A stretch of DNA of 63,764 nt, the filler included, from Reticulomyxa filosa (lineage: Eukaryota > Protista > Foraminifera): assembly GCA_000512085.1 (NCBI GenBank). It is 13 parts of 13 records of this genome, joined end to end, with 100 filler letters (N's around TTAATTAATTAA, not from the genome) between each part and the next. Parts side by side here need not be neighbours in the genome. Positions count along the whole stretch, not along the records: positions 62,350 to 63,764 come from ASPP01022827.1; 12 more parts are not named here. One strand, 5' to 3'. Below are positions 63,643 to 63,764 of the stretch, one piece after another. Under the pieces are notes generated by a model. The model did no database searches, was not told the DNA's origin, and saw only the letters and a list, made by a program, of their open reading frames with translations. The translations under genes were made by a program, and so were the position numbers. Each line of letters begins with the position of its first letter. Within the stretch, counting starts at the first letter, position 1.

Positions 63643-63764
63643 CTTTGTTTTGCTGTCCATCGTCATCAATGTGCTGCAAGTAAATTATGATAATATCTCG
63701 CCACAGCTGGTTTGGTATGCCAGTCACTACCTGGAGCTTCCACAACTGTTTGCGTTACACATGG

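Noticed and set aside
62350-63764. Short ORFs in the last contig
   Set aside because: Stop-interrupted, with no family motif I can support.

Overview
AT-rich, intron-containing eukaryotic DNA. It consists of 13 unrelated contigs joined by 12 artificial 100-bp linkers (N44-TTAATTAATTAA-N44), so adjacency across a linker means nothing. The gene families (expanded TRAF-Zn/WD40, Kelch, TPR and NACHT proteins) look like those of the foraminiferan Reticulomyxa; this is an inference from family style, not a database match. Ordinary genes: Rae1, an ABCA transporter, a BTB-BACK protein, a GH79 heparanase-like hydrolase, a cytochrome b5-fused front-end desaturase, a CDPK-like EF-hand protein and membrane proteins. 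Two candidate systems stand out. (1) Contig 19195-23914 is entirely an endonuclease-deficient Penelope-like retroelement. It has a seven-zinc-knuckle Gag-like ORF1 linked to the RT by an apparent -1 ribosomal frameshift (U UUU UUU plus a stem-loop). Its 3' UTR holds ten CTAGGCAC repeats with unique spacers, then a perfect 15-bp GCAA-tetraloop hairpin, then C-strand telomere-like repeats (CCCTAG/CCCTAA), suggesting a telomere-targeting retroelement. (2) An NLR-like NACHT NTPase carries an N-terminal RelA/SpoT-like nucleotidyltransferase domain. Also notable: a roughly 34-aa exon-encoded module shared by a WD40 N-terminus and a Kelch C-terminus, a 145-bp foldback whose substitutions are G-U compatible, A-rich intron 3' ends, and Tc1 and LTR-integrase relics.
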